Position numbers and translations under genes: made by a program. Shown here in pieces: positions 22,386 to 32,455 of a stretch of 64,000 bases of DNA. Source of the DNA: an uncultured virus (IMG/VR IMGVR_UViG_3300020213_000033) (taxonomy: Duplodnaviria; Heunggongvirae; Uroviricota; Caudoviricetes); IMG/VR virus record IMGVR_UViG_3300020213_000033. One strand, 5' to 3'. The notes beneath the pieces were generated by a model. It searched no databases. It was not told where the DNA came from and worked only from the letters and a program-made list of their open reading frames with translations. Within the stretch, counting starts at the first letter, position 1, and each line of letters opens with the position of its first letter.

Positions 22386-23996
22386 TTATTTCGACATCTC
22401 GTAGCCGCTGGCCTTCAGGAACTTGTCAAGCTCGGCCTTGCTCTTGGCGATGATCCGCTGACCGTTCAGCTTCACCGCGAACTTGCCGTCTGGGAGCGTC
22501 TGGACGGTGATCTGGCCGGAAGCCGAAGGCGGTGCCGCCTGCGCCCGTGGAGCCGGCGGACGCGCGGCGGTGGCGGGCGCCGCACCGAGGGGCGCCGAGG
22601 GCCGCGCCGGTGGCGGGGCGGCGGCGTTCGAGGGGTCACTCTGCGGGAATCCGGGGAGCCGGCGCGGGGCCCCACCCCCGGCGGCGCGGAGCGGCTGGGC
22701 GGTCGCGAGGTCCGCCATGCTGGTGGAGTCCTGGTTCTGCTGCTCCTCGAAGGACATCTCGGCGGACGACTGGGCGCCGGGCTCGCCGCGCTGCACGCCA
22801 AGGCGCGGCGGCGGCGGCGGCTGGCCGATCTGCTGGGCGTAGCTCGCTTCGATGCGGTGGAGCTCGTCGCCGTACATGTCGTCGGTGAGCGTGGCGTCGG
22901 CGTCGCGGCGTTCCCGGTTGAGGGCCGCGATCGCGGTGTCTCGGCGGCCGGTCGCGGCGTTGATCTGCACCTGCGTCAAGCCGCCGGCACCGGCGGTACT
23001 CGGCGCGCGATCCGCGGTGCCCTGCCGGCGCACGAGCGCCAGCTTCTCGTCCGTGTTCAGATCCCGGCCCAGACGCGTCTGTTCGCCCGCGATGATGTCC
23101 GCGGCGCTCCCCAACGGGGCGTCTGCCCGGCGGGGCTGGGTCAACTGTGCGGCCCGCGCCGCGGCCTCCGGCGAGTAGGTGGCCGCGAACTTGTCCAGCG
23201 CGATCTTGGGGGCGCCGGCTTCTTCGGCCGAGCGGAGCCCGGCCGTCCAGTCGGCCGCCGTCGTCACGGTGGGAAGATATTGGCTCAGGGACTTCGTGAA
23301 GTGATCCTCGCGGTCGGCCGCATCCTTGAACGTCGTCCGCGTCTGGGCCAGCAACTTCGCGTTGTTGTCGAGCGTCGCTGTCGTGGACATCCCCCACGCC
23401 ATCACCCTGTCGAGGCTCGCGGGGTCGTACGTCTTGGGGAGGTTCTGCGCGAGATCGGCGCCCACCATCTCCTGGATCTTCGGGAGCGACTGCGCGTAGG
23501 CCGCCCCGGGGTCCGGGGCCTCGCGCACGCTGCCGAGCAACGTGAGGGCCTGATCGAGCGTCCCCTTGGTCAGCGCGAGGTTCGCCACACTGGTGTCGAT
23601 GGCGCGCTTCCGCGTCTCGGCCAGCTCCTTCGCCATCTCCGACGCTTCAGGCGCGAAGCCGCGCGTCCGCAAGAACTCGATCGCCTCGTCGGGCGGCCTG
23701 GTCCCAGCCTCCTTCAACGCCTCGTTGAACTCGCCTTTGCGACGGCTGTTCTGCAGGGACTCGTTCGCCCGCTGCCGTTCGGCGTCACGGATCGGCTTCT
23801 GGTCCTGGTACTCGGCCAAGTCCGCCATCGTCCTGCCGGCGATCTGGCCGACCTGCTGCACGCCGCTCGCCCACGCTTGGCCGGATCGGAGCGCGCCTTC
23901 GGCCTCGATCTCGCCTCGGTGGAGCGCGAGGTCGGCCATCCGCGACATGCCGCGGCTGTTGTCGTAGGGTCGCGCCTGATACGGTCCGATGCCCAT
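22386..23996 (-). CDS. Putative DNA ejection/internal virion protein
   Basis: Helical, Ala-rich, position between gp7-like gene and giant protein. Confidence 0.65.
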   Translation of the reverse strand: MGIGPYQARPYDNSRGMSRMADLALHRGEIEAEGALRSGQAWASGVQQVGQIAGRTMADLAEYQDQKPIRDAERQRANESLQNSRRKGEFNEALKEAGTRPPDEAIEFLRTRGFAPEASEMAKELAETRKRAIDTSVANLALTKGTLDQALTLLGSVREAPDPGAAYAQSLPKIQEMVGADLAQNLPKTYDPASLDRVMAWGMSTTATLDNNAKLLAQTRTTFKDAADREDHFTKSLSQYLPTVTTAADWTAGLRSAEEAGAPKIALDKFAATYSPEAAARAAQLTQPRRADAPLGSAADIIAGEQTRLGRDLNTDEKLALVRRQGTADRAPSTAGAGGLTQVQINAATGRRDTAIAALNRERRDADATLTDDMYGDELHRIEASYAQQIGQPPPPPRLGVQRGEPGAQSSAEMSFEEQQNQDSTSMADLATAQPLRAAGGGAPRRLPGFPQSDPSNAAAPPPARPSAPLGAAPATAARPPAPRAQAAPPSASGQITVQTLPDGKFAVKLNGQRIIAKSKAELDKFLKASGYEMSK

Positions 23997-24005
23997 GAGA
24001 ACCCT

Positions 24006-25052
24006 CTACCGCTGTCCGAGTTCGGCCAGGAAGCGACGCCGCGACTCGGATTCGTCGCGGTAGCGCCACATGTCCTGGTTGCGGAAGCGGCTATCGTCTT
24101 CGCCCGCGCGCGAGCGCCGCCAGGCGTCGTCGCGGCCGTAGAGTTCGCGCTGCCAGTTCCGATCGTAGGTCATCTGCCGGCCGGTCGAGTTCTCGTCCTG
24201 CTGGCGGTTCCATGACAGCAAGCGGGGCGCGTACTCGGTCTGCGTGGCGGAAGCGTCGGCCTCGTGGCCGAACCGGCGCTCGCCCGCGTTCACGCCATAC
24301 TCGCCGGCCCGGCGGTCGTAGAAGCTCCGGAACTCGTTCGAGGCGTAGTCCTGCGCGGCGGTGTTGAGGTCGCGGAGATGCGTGCCGGTGCCGAGCATCC
24401 CCCGGCCGGCGGCGCGCGACTCCATCGCGCCGAGGCCCTCGCCGAGCCGGCGCGCGTAGGTCGGGTCGTTGGCGACCATCTCATCGAACGTCGGCGGCGT
24501 GAACTGCTGCTGCTGGTAGCGCGGGGCGTTGATCGTCGGCGCGGGTTCGACGGTCGCCGTGGGGTAGGGGTCAGGGTTCAGTGGCCCCTCGGTGGGGTAG
24601 GGGTCCGGCCCGCCCGTCGAAGGCGGCGCCGAGTCCGCGTACGGGTTGTAGGCCCCGCCGGACCGCTGCGCGGCGAGCTGCATGAGCCGGTTGTAGTTCT
24701 CGCCGGTGATCGACGCCGCGCCCGTGGGATCGGTGTAGTTGATGTGCTGGGCCGCCTCTTGCTGCTGCGCGGTCGTCAGGGGCGTGCCCTGGATGCCGCT
24801 GAGATGTTCGAACGTCTGGAGCCCAGTACGCGAGTCGGTGGGGTTGATGCCCTGGAACTGCCAACTGCTCGGTGCGCCAGGGGTGGCGCCGACGGAGACG
24901 GGCGGCCCGGTGGGCGTCCGCCTCGGCCCGGCGGTGCTCATGCCCGGGTTCGCGTGTGACACCGTGACGCCGCCGGCCACCGTGGATGCCCCGGTGGGCG
25001 CCACCGTGGGCGCCGTGGAGCCATAGGACGTTTGTGCGTTGGGGTAGGCCAT
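24006..25052 (-). CDS. Putative DNA transfer/ejection protein
   Basis: DPTYARRLGEGLGAMESRAAGRGMLGTG...AQDYASNEF motif typical of P22-like ejection proteins. Confidence 0.7.
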   Translation of the reverse strand: MAYPNAQTSYGSTAPTVAPTGASTVAGGVTVSHANPGMSTAGPRRTPTGPPVSVGATPGAPSSWQFQGINPTDSRTGLQTFEHLSGIQGTPLTTAQQQEAAQHINYTDPTGAASITGENYNRLMQLAAQRSGGAYNPYADSAPPSTGGPDPYPTEGPLNPDPYPTATVEPAPTINAPRYQQQQFTPPTFDEMVANDPTYARRLGEGLGAMESRAAGRGMLGTGTHLRDLNTAAQDYASNEFRSFYDRRAGEYGVNAGERRFGHEADASATQTEYAPRLLSWNRQQDENSTGRQMTYDRNWQRELYGRDDAWRRSRAGEDDSRFRNQDMWRYRDESESRRRFLAELGQR

Positions 25053-25064
25053 GAGGGGACCGTC

Positions 25065-26126
25065 CTAGATACCGAGATCCGAGAGATTCGGGCGCTGCTG
25101 CTGGTCGCGGGCGAGGAGACGCCGCGCTTCGTCGCTGATGCCGTCGCCGCCAGGACCGCCAGGACCACCAGGCGGCGTGCCCGGGGGCGTGCCCGGGGGT
25201 ACCGGGGGCGCCTGCGCTGATAGCCAGGTCGCGTAGCCCCTGCCCGCCGTCGGGGACACGGCGGTGCTTTCAGGCATCCAAGCCCACGCCGTGGCCGTGT
25301 CGGTGTTCGGGTCGGCTTTCTCGAGCACGTCGACCGCCTTGCCGTCGCCGTAATCGATCTTGTCGAAGCCCACTTGCTTGGCGTTCGGGAAGAGCGCGCG
25401 GAACTCCGGTTTCGCCAACAAGATCGGGATGCTCGAGGGCTTGGCCGGCAGGTTGCTGAAGAACCGTCCGTTGACGTTCTTGATCGTGTTGCTGCCCCGG
25501 ACGCTCAGGTCGCCGTTGAGCCCGACCTCGGTGAAGCCAGCCGTCACTCCCACGTCGCCGCGGGTGATGTGGTCGACGTTCTGGATGTCGCCGGTGCCGT
25601 AGTAGTCCAAGGCGCCGCCGGTGTAGGCGTGCGTGGTCCGTCCCGACGGAGACGTGCCCGGGGGCGTGCCCGGGGGCGGGTTGTTGCCGTAGTTGTATCC
25701 CGGGCTGCCAGGGCCGCGGTACCCGGGATTGGATGCCCCGCCTGGGCCAAAGCCTGATCCCGGCGTGCCTCCGCCAGCCAACGCGCCAGATCCGGGGCGC
25801 TGACGATTCATCGACCCGCCAGGCGGGAGCGCCGCGTACTCGCGGTCCCACGCGGCTTGCTCGTCCGCCGTCGCATCGATACGCGGGTCGCGCGGACTCG
25901 CGCCGGCGTTCGGCGTCATCCCGCCACCGGTGTAGCTCGTCTGCGCGCCGGCGAGCGGCGGGGCGGGCGACGTCGGCGGGACGACGGTGTTGGGGGCGGC
26001 CATCGGCGGCGCCATCGGCGGCGCGCCGTAGGGCTGCTGCGGCGGCTGCGGGCGCTTCAACAGCCGGTCGTAGGCCCAGCGGTCGGCGTGCTCCGGACTC
26101 AGGCCCAGCGTGTCCATCGTGTTCAT
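25065..26126 (-). CDS. Pro/Gly-rich hypothetical virion protein
   Basis: 353-aa ORF in the ejection module. Confidence 0.6.
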   Translation of the reverse strand: MNTMDTLGLSPEHADRWAYDRLLKRPQPPQQPYGAPPMAPPMAAPNTVVPPTSPAPPLAGAQTSYTGGGMTPNAGASPRDPRIDATADEQAAWDREYAALPPGGSMNRQRPGSGALAGGGTPGSGFGPGGASNPGYRGPGSPGYNYGNNPPPGTPPGTSPSGRTTHAYTGGALDYYGTGDIQNVDHITRGDVGVTAGFTEVGLNGDLSVRGSNTIKNVNGRFFSNLPAKPSSIPILLAKPEFRALFPNAKQVGFDKIDYGDGKAVDVLEKADPNTDTATAWAWMPESTAVSPTAGRGYATWLSAQAPPVPPGTPPGTPPGGPGGPGGDGISDEARRLLARDQQQRPNLSDLGI

Positions 26127-26702
26127 CTATTGGCGCTCCGTCACGAGATCCGCCATGGTCGGATTCCAGATCGAGCCCGGCGCGCGAGAGACGATGCGCG
26201 GGTCGCCTGGGAGGCTGCGCGGGCCGGGCGGCGGCGGGGTAAAGCCAGGCGTGGTCTGCTGCGGCGACATCGACGCGGCATCCCAGCCCTGCGAGAAGTC
26301 TGGGGCGGCCTCGCCCTCGATGCCCTGGATGCCCGCGAGGTCGGCCAGCGAGCGCACGGCGCCACGGCCCACGGATCGGTAGGGCTCGCGGCGGCGCTGG
26401 TCCCACGACCAGCGGGCGCTGTCGGCGGCTTCCGCGCGGCTCGAGTCGTCCCGGCCACGCTGATACCGCTCTTGCTCACGCGACTGTTCCACTTCCCAGT
26501 TGCGCTGGTTCTGGTCTTCGACGCGGCGCGCTTCCTCGAGGCGGCCCGCCTCGGCGCGCTCCTCCATCGACATCGCGGCGCTATTCCCGCGTTCTTGCGA
26601 CCGCTGCGCGCGTCTGGCGGCGCTCGCGTTGATCTTGGACGATCCGATCGCCCCGCCTGCGGACAGTATCCCCCCGACGACAATCGACGTGGCTACACCC
26701 AT
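26127..26702 (-). CDS. P22 gp7-like DNA transfer protein
   Basis: Gly/Ala hydrophobic N-terminus (GGILSAGGAIGSSK), later EPYRSVGRGAVRSL. Confidence 0.65.
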   Translation of the reverse strand: MGVATSIVVGGILSAGGAIGSSKINASAARRAQRSQERGNSAAMSMEERAEAGRLEEARRVEDQNQRNWEVEQSREQERYQRGRDDSSRAEAADSARWSWDQRRREPYRSVGRGAVRSLADLAGIQGIEGEAAPDFSQGWDAASMSPQQTTPGFTPPPPGPRSLPGDPRIVSRAPGSIWNPTMADLVTERQ

Positions 26703-26703
26703 T

Positions 26704-27147
26704 TCACACCCTCCGCGCGTACGCAATTTCGACGCGCTCGAACTTGAGGCGGTCGTAGAACGCCGCCACCTTCTCGTTCGGCGCGATCATCTGCACATGG
26801 GACGCGCCGTGGTCCCGCGCCCAACCCTCGAACGCGGTCAGGAGGCGCAGCCCGACACGGCCGGTGCGGTGCGCGACGTCCACCCACCAGACCAGCTCGG
26901 ACGCCATGACCACGTCGAGCATCGGATGCACGGGGATGTGCCCGGCCAGCATCCCGACGACGCGGCCCTCGACCTCGGCCACGAAGACGCACCCGTCGGG
27001 GTGCTGGGCCAGCGTCCGCGTGAGCGCCGCAATACGGTGCGGGTCGGCGGGGCCGAGATCCTTGAAGTGCGACGACGCGACGAACGTCTCGCCCATCTCC
27101 ACGATGCGCGCCAGGTCGGCCGGTTCGGCGTGACGGATGGTCGTCAC
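26704..27147 (-). CDS. GNAT-family acetyltransferase
   Basis: TIRHAEPADLARI...FVAEVEGRVVG...WWVDVAHRTGRVGLRLL...FYDRLKF. Confidence 0.85.
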   Translation of the reverse strand: MTTIRHAEPADLARIVEMGETFVASSHFKDLGPADPHRIAALTRTLAQHPDGCVFVAEVEGRVVGMLAGHIPVHPMLDVVMASELVWWVDVAHRTGRVGLRLLTAFEGWARDHGASHVQMIAPNEKVAAFYDRLKFERVEIAYARRV

Positions 27148-27752
27148 GGCTGCACCAAGTAGGAGAACGCGAACGTGAGCACGCTCGTCGCTCCGAAGTT
27201 GGACTCGTCGAGCACGGCCACGCCCGTGGTGCCCGTGTCGAGCAGGTCGATGACCGTGCTGCCGCCTTGCACGCGGGCGAGCACGCCGGAGGTCAGGCCC
27301 ACCATGGCGCCAGAGAGCACGGCGCCCGTGTAGTTCGGATTGGGCGTGGCGGCCATCGCCGCGACCGGCAGTCCGGCGACCGTCGCCGTGCCCGTGCTGC
27401 TGCCGTTCGCCGACAGGATAATGCGGCCGCTCACCGTGACGACGTTGCCGAGACGCGCCCACCAGCCCCCGCGGTCGGAGTAGGTCAGACCAACCGCGGC
27501 GCCGCCGAAGGTGAGCGCCGGGGTCCAGACGCCGGTCGCGGGCTGCAACGCCGCCACAGCGGCGACCAGGGCGACATCGGCCATGAGCAGCGCGGCGTCC
27601 TGCGCGACGAGGCTCGACGCGCGCGTGTCGAGCGTCTCGAGGCTATCGACCACGGCTTGTAGCCAGTCCGCGATCCGCTTGGTGAAGCGGTTGCGCGGCG
27701 CCTGGGTGGTGATGACGTCGTCGCGGCTCGGGAAGGGCGGCAGGTGAGCCAT
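27144..27752 (-). CDS. Tail-associated protein (needle/fibre-like)
   Basis: Coiled coil followed by beta-rich domain; follows gp10-like gene. Confidence 0.55.
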   Translation of the reverse strand: MAHLPPFPSRDDVITTQAPRNRFTKRIADWLQAVVDSLETLDTRASSLVAQDAALLMADVALVAAVAALQPATGVWTPALTFGGAAVGLTYSDRGGWWARLGNVVTVSGRIILSANGSSTGTATVAGLPVAAMAATPNPNYTGAVLSGAMVGLTSGVLARVQGGSTVIDLLDTGTTGVAVLDESNFGATSVLTFAFSYLVQP

Positions 27753-27753
27753 G

Positions 27754-29205
27754 CTATGTGGCGTCCAGGTAGGCGCCGACGATGCGCCAGGGCGTGGGGT
27801 CAGTGGTCTCGATGCGGAACTGGCGATTTTCTGCGGAGCCCAAGCGCGTCCACTCCGGGAAGCGGTTGTACTCCCCGAGCCGGCCGGCGCCGGAGTAGCC
27901 CTCCGAGTAGAACGTCTCGCCGCCGTCGTTGGAGACCTGGAGTTCGACCATGGGGTCGACGCCCTGGCCGCTGATCGCGCCCTGGCCGGCGTGGAGATGC
28001 AACCGGAACCGCGAGAAGTAGATGCGCTCGAGCTGGTTGGTGACGTGCGGCGCCTGCCGGACGCGGCGCACGGGGCGGTCGAGGTCGGTCCCGAGCGTGT
28101 CCACGAGCTGCAGCAGGTCGGGGCTGTCGAGACTGAGCGTGAGGTTCTGGCCATCGAACCGGGCGTGGTAAAGCGGGCGCCAGCAGCCCCAGCGGGATTG
28201 CTCCGCATACCAAGTGCGGCGCTCGTGCCAGCGGCGCGTCATGAGGTCGTAGCACCACGTCGTGTCGCCCGAGGGGAACGTCAACCCGTAGAACTCGTGG
28301 CCGTCTACGTCCGCGAAGGCGAAGCCGATCGCGTCGTCGATGCGGGCGTAGCGCCCCATCGCGGCCTGCACCGCCAAGTCGGAGACGACCTGCGGCTGCA
28401 ACCCGTCGGCCTGCACGACCTGCGCCCGCACGTTCCGCGTCTGCGCCAGCCAGAACAGGCTGCTGCCCACCTTCGCCAGGGAGAAGTCGGCCGCGATGCC
28501 AATCTCGATCGCGCCGGACGGGTGCGGCGCGATCGTGAAGGGGAACGTGCCGGCCCCGTACCAGACCTCCGACGTGTACTGGCCGAGGAGGAAGAGTTCC
28601 TTGCCGAGGACGCCGATCTGGCGCCACGGGTCATCCGCCACGATGCGCTGCGCCTTGTCGAGCGAGTTGAACAGGTTGCCGTCCAGCAACGCCGACTGAT
28701 ACACGGTGTTCGCGGCTTGGTCGAGCATGAAGAAGTAGCCGTCCAGCATGGCCGTGCTCGACGCCATGCCACTCGGGGATTGGTTGGTGGCGAGCGTGAG
28801 GACGCCTGACACGGTGTCGAAGATGTACGAAATGCCGCCGCCCGTGATGTGGATCTGATGGCCGCCGGTGCCGTTGTAGGCCATCGTCGCGCGGTTGGGC
28901 GTGCCGGCGATCGTGCCGTAGGTATAGATGATGCCGCCGGGCAGACCGTTGACGAACTCCACAAAGGCGGAGCCGAGCACGGCGAAGAGGCGCCCGTTGA
29001 ACAACCCGAAGGCCCGGCCCGGCCCAGACAGGCCGACGGAGTCGAACCGTGGCCAGACGGCGACGCCCGGCGTCGGCACGAGATGCCAGCGCGCCAGCGC
29101 GCCCTCCGACTCGAGCGGGGCGGGATACCAGTTGATGGTCAGCTCGTTCGCCGCAAACGGGTTGTTGGCCTTGTAGCTGCCGCCGACGAAGCTCGGATAC
29201 TCCAT
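27754..29205 (-). CDS. P22 gp10-like packaged DNA stabilization (tail hub) protein
   Basis: TINWYP...LVPTPG; LQVSNDGGETF; GEYNRFPEWTRLG. Confidence 0.88.
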   Translation of the reverse strand: MEYPSFVGGSYKANNPFAANELTINWYPAPLESEGALARWHLVPTPGVAVWPRFDSVGLSGPGRAFGLFNGRLFAVLGSAFVEFVNGLPGGIIYTYGTIAGTPNRATMAYNGTGGHQIHITGGGISYIFDTVSGVLTLATNQSPSGMASSTAMLDGYFFMLDQAANTVYQSALLDGNLFNSLDKAQRIVADDPWRQIGVLGKELFLLGQYTSEVWYGAGTFPFTIAPHPSGAIEIGIAADFSLAKVGSSLFWLAQTRNVRAQVVQADGLQPQVVSDLAVQAAMGRYARIDDAIGFAFADVDGHEFYGLTFPSGDTTWCYDLMTRRWHERRTWYAEQSRWGCWRPLYHARFDGQNLTLSLDSPDLLQLVDTLGTDLDRPVRRVRQAPHVTNQLERIYFSRFRLHLHAGQGAISGQGVDPMVELQVSNDGGETFYSEGYSGAGRLGEYNRFPEWTRLGSAENRQFRIETTDPTPWRIVGAYLDAT

Positions 29206-29208
29206 CGG

Positions 29209-29937
29209 TTAGCGATCCGTCCAGACGTTGTAGCCGCCCGAGATGCCCAGGAGCGTGGCGTCCACGCTCAGGATGCGCGGCCGGTGGTTGGCGCGGCGCA
29301 CGTCGGCCATCGCCTCGCTGGCACGGGCCACCAGCGCGCCGGCGGGCTCGCGCTCCCAGGCCGGGGCGAGCTCGATGGCGAGATTCGCGCGAATGGCACG
29401 CTCGTAGCCGTCCGGGAAGTGGTAGGTGGTGCTCAGGTCGGTGAACCGCTGCACCGGGCTCGGCAGGTAGAGCACGAGGTCACTCACCGCGCCGGAGGGG
29501 GTCGGGATGACGCGGATCGTGCCCAAGCCTGCGGCCATGCCCCAGTCGTAGTAGACGCCGTAGGGGTGCGTCGAGGCCTGGGCCTTGGCCACGACGTGCT
29601 GATACTCCGACACGTTCAGGGGGCGGCCCAGGCTGACCTCGGTCACGGTGGCGGCGGTGCGGTCGAAGACGAGTCCGACGCCTTCGATACGGTTGGGCCG
29701 GTCGAGATTGAACGCGCCGCCGGGGCCAATCGTGTAGCTGCCGACGCCGGCCGTGAGCGGCAGGACGTGGCGCGACACCATGAACGTCGCCGTGCGCTGC
29801 GTGCGGAGGCTGCCCACCCATTCATTGAGCGTGGTCAGGCCGAACTCGAGATCGTCCGCCGAGACCGGCTGGCGTGCGCCAATGGCCGCCAGGTCGCGCA
29901 GCGCATTCGTGATCAGCGTGCGAGCGGTGGTGGCCAT
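29209..29937 (-). CDS. P22 gp4-like head-tail adaptor
   Basis: TARTLITNALRDL...GLTTLNEW; YERAIRANLAIELAP. Confidence 0.8.
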   Translation of the reverse strand: MATTARTLITNALRDLAAIGARQPVSADDLEFGLTTLNEWVGSLRTQRTATFMVSRHVLPLTAGVGSYTIGPGGAFNLDRPNRIEGVGLVFDRTAATVTEVSLGRPLNVSEYQHVVAKAQASTHPYGVYYDWGMAAGLGTIRVIPTPSGAVSDLVLYLPSPVQRFTDLSTTYHFPDGYERAIRANLAIELAPAWEREPAGALVARASEAMADVRRANHRPRILSVDATLLGISGGYNVWTDR

Positions 29938-30005
29938 GTGGAATCTCTCTGGGACGGGAGTCCGGCCGGGCGGTCACGAGGGCCGCCCAGCCGGGGAGGT
30001 CACGT

Positions 30006-30335
30006 TTACCGCTTCGCGGCCGTGCGGGCAACGGCGGCGCGCTGCTGGGCCGCCGTCATGAGTTCGGCCGGCTGCTGCAGCTTCGTGGCCCGATTCATGC
30101 GGGTCATCTCGCCCAGGCCGTGGTGGATATCGGCGTCCGGCGTCGTGGCGCCCACGGGGGTGAGGACCATCCCGCCGGGTTCGGCTGGCACGAAAGCCGG
30201 GGGTAGGCCGCACTCGGCGGGTGATTCGCACCAGCCGTCGCCCACGACTTCCGAGGGCGACTCGAAGAGCTGCTTGCCGTGATCCCCGTGAAACATCCAC
30301 TTGGGGAACTGCGCCGGCTGGGGTTTGTCTGCCAT
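30006..30335 (-). CDS. Hypothetical protein
   Basis: QFPKWMFH...GWCESP, common after P22-like coat genes. Confidence 0.65.
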   Translation of the reverse strand: MADKPQPAQFPKWMFHGDHGKQLFESPSEVVGDGWCESPAECGLPPAFVPAEPGGMVLTPVGATTPDADIHHGLGEMTRMNRATKLQQPAELMTAAQQRAAVARTAAKR

Positions 30336-30436
30336 TGGTGAACGTCCTTGTTCGCAGCGGGTGACAGGACGAGTGACCGGCGCCCGAGGCGGCTGCGAAG
30401 CGCCCACGGGCCCCGGTCAAGTTGGCGAGAACCGCG

Positions 30437-31033
30437 CTAGGCGAAGGTGACGCCGATGGTGCCGCCGCCCTTCACCGCCCACAGGCCGTTCTTGGTTTCG
30501 AGCGACAAGCACGCGCCGCCGCCGGCCGCGAACGTAGCGACGTCGGAGGTCGTGGTGTTGCCGTAGAAGCCCGCGGTCAGGGTGACGGTGTGCGCGAACA
30601 ACGACACGCCGTGGATCTGCAACTCGATCCCGTCGAGGACGGTCAAGCCGGGCGCCGTCAGGGTCAACGCCGCAATGGAGCCCTTCATGATGTTGATGCG
30701 GGTGTGGCGCGTCGGGATCGCGATCGCCCCGTCCGCGCTCAGGGTGATTTCCTCGAGTTCGGAGGCCAGCCCGCCGTGCTCGGTGATGTAGGGCGCGAGG
30801 TCCGCGGCGAGGGCGAACATGACCGGCGAGAGCTGCGCGTGGGCGATGGCGCGGCCGCCATTCTGGCCGCGGCTGCGAACGCGCACGGCGGTGCCGTCCA
30901 CGCGGACGATGGTCGAGTACTCGTTGTTCACCTTCACGATCGTGCCCGCGGCTGCGCCGGCGGCCGAGGTGAGGTAGAACGTGTCGGTATCCTTCGATGC
31001 CGCTGCCGACAGAGTGGTGCGAGTGATAGCCAT
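30437..31033 (-). CDS. Putative capsid decoration/structural protein
   Basis: Beta-rich, directly downstream of coat. Confidence 0.6.
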   Translation of the reverse strand: MAITRTTLSAAASKDTDTFYLTSAAGAAAGTIVKVNNEYSTIVRVDGTAVRVRSRGQNGGRAIAHAQLSPVMFALAADLAPYITEHGGLASELEEITLSADGAIAIPTRHTRINIMKGSIAALTLTAPGLTVLDGIELQIHGVSLFAHTVTLTAGFYGNTTTSDVATFAAGGGACLSLETKNGLWAVKGGGTIGVTFA

Positions 31034-31128
31034 GAGCGTGAGTCCTTCCTGGAAACTGGGGTAAGGCGGTGCGCGCGGGAGGCGTGAACCTCACCGCGCG
31101 CGCCGCGATCGCTGCTGGGGCGTGTCGG

Positions 31129-32385
31129 CTAGCTCTGGATCCGCACGGCGAGTTCGGGGCGCACTGCGGCCCAGCCGTACAGGATGTCGAGACGCGCCGG
31201 GGACTGGTCGGTCATGACGTCGTACGCCTTGATGAAGCGGACGCTCATGGCGATGGCCGCGTTGCTGATGCGCTTGCTCACCCACACCCCCTGCGGCAGG
31301 GGGAGGTCCGCCATCACGCACGTGAAGGCGTTCGGGTCATACACCAGGCCGGTGCGCGTGACCTTGTTCGCGTGCGTCGAGGCGTGGCCGAAGATCGTGA
31401 TGATCGCGTTGTCCGCCGGGCGACCCGTGGCGGTCGAGTAGGCGTTGCTCGCGCCATAGACCAGCGGGGGCGAGAACGGGATCGTCGCGTTGCCGCTGCC
31501 GTCGGAGAAGACGTCGGCGCTCACCACGTAGTCCTTGAGCCGCCCGGTGGACTGGTACGACATCGGGTTGATGTCGAAGACGCCGTCGAACTGGATGACG
31601 TCGCCTTCGTTCAGGCGCTTGGCCGCGGCGGCGGTCCAGCCGTCCGTGACGAGCGACGTCACGCCGGAGGCGGCGCCGGCCGCGCCCGCCGCCACGTTGA
31701 CCAAGGGGGTCCCGCCGAGTGGGCCGACCACGTGCGTCGGCGCGTTCTCGTCGATGTACCACTCCTTGATGCCCAGCACTTCGCCGGCAATCTTGCCGGT
31801 GCGGTACTGCTTGGAGATCACGGCGCCGGGATTGAACAACGCCAGATTGGCGTTCGCCAGCGACGCGTGCATCTGCGCGGTGAGAATCGCCACGAGACGG
31901 CCGGTCGGGACCGAGCCTTCCGTGAGCTTCACGGTCGCATCGAGGTAGGACGCGTTGGTCGTGGGGACCACGGCAGGCGTGCCCACCGTGCGGAACACGC
32001 GCTTGTACATCCGCTGCAGCCCGTCGAGGTCCATCTGATTGCCGAGTGCTTCCACGGCCGGGTCGATGTAGCGTTCGGTGTAGTTGTCCACTTCCATCCG
32101 GAGGCTGGCCGAGCTGAACTCGATGCCGACGTTCGCCTGATCGGTGAGGGTGATCGGGACCACTTCTTCGTTGGCGCTGACGGGGTTGAGCGCCTGGCCT
32201 TTGTTGACCATGTAACGCTGCGGCAGACGCGCGTTCACGGTATAGCCCACCTTGGCGCCGGAGATCGTGTACTGGCTGTCGTAGCCCCGCGTCACGTTGG
32301 CGGCAAAGCGGAGCGTGTTGGTGAGACGCTGCGTGACTTTCTTGATGACCCAGGACGGCGTCACCAGGCTGTTCGATACGGACAT
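31129..32385 (-). CDS. Major capsid protein, P22 coat family
   Basis: KVGYTVNARLPQRY; ERYIDPAVEALGNQMD; RLDILYGWAAVRPELAVRI. Confidence 0.95.
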   Translation of the reverse strand: MSVSNSLVTPSWVIKKVTQRLTNTLRFAANVTRGYDSQYTISGAKVGYTVNARLPQRYMVNKGQALNPVSANEEVVPITLTDQANVGIEFSSASLRMEVDNYTERYIDPAVEALGNQMDLDGLQRMYKRVFRTVGTPAVVPTTNASYLDATVKLTEGSVPTGRLVAILTAQMHASLANANLALFNPGAVISKQYRTGKIAGEVLGIKEWYIDENAPTHVVGPLGGTPLVNVAAGAAGAASGVTSLVTDGWTAAAAKRLNEGDVIQFDGVFDINPMSYQSTGRLKDYVVSADVFSDGSGNATIPFSPPLVYGASNAYSTATGRPADNAIITIFGHASTHANKVTRTGLVYDPNAFTCVMADLPLPQGVWVSKRISNAAIAMSVRFIKAYDVMTDQSPARLDILYGWAAVRPELAVRIQS

Positions 32386-32455
32386 GTCAGACCTCTACGG
32401 AGCAGTCGCGTGCTGCGAACCGCCCGAAAGACGACAGGTGCCGGTGGTGGAGGAT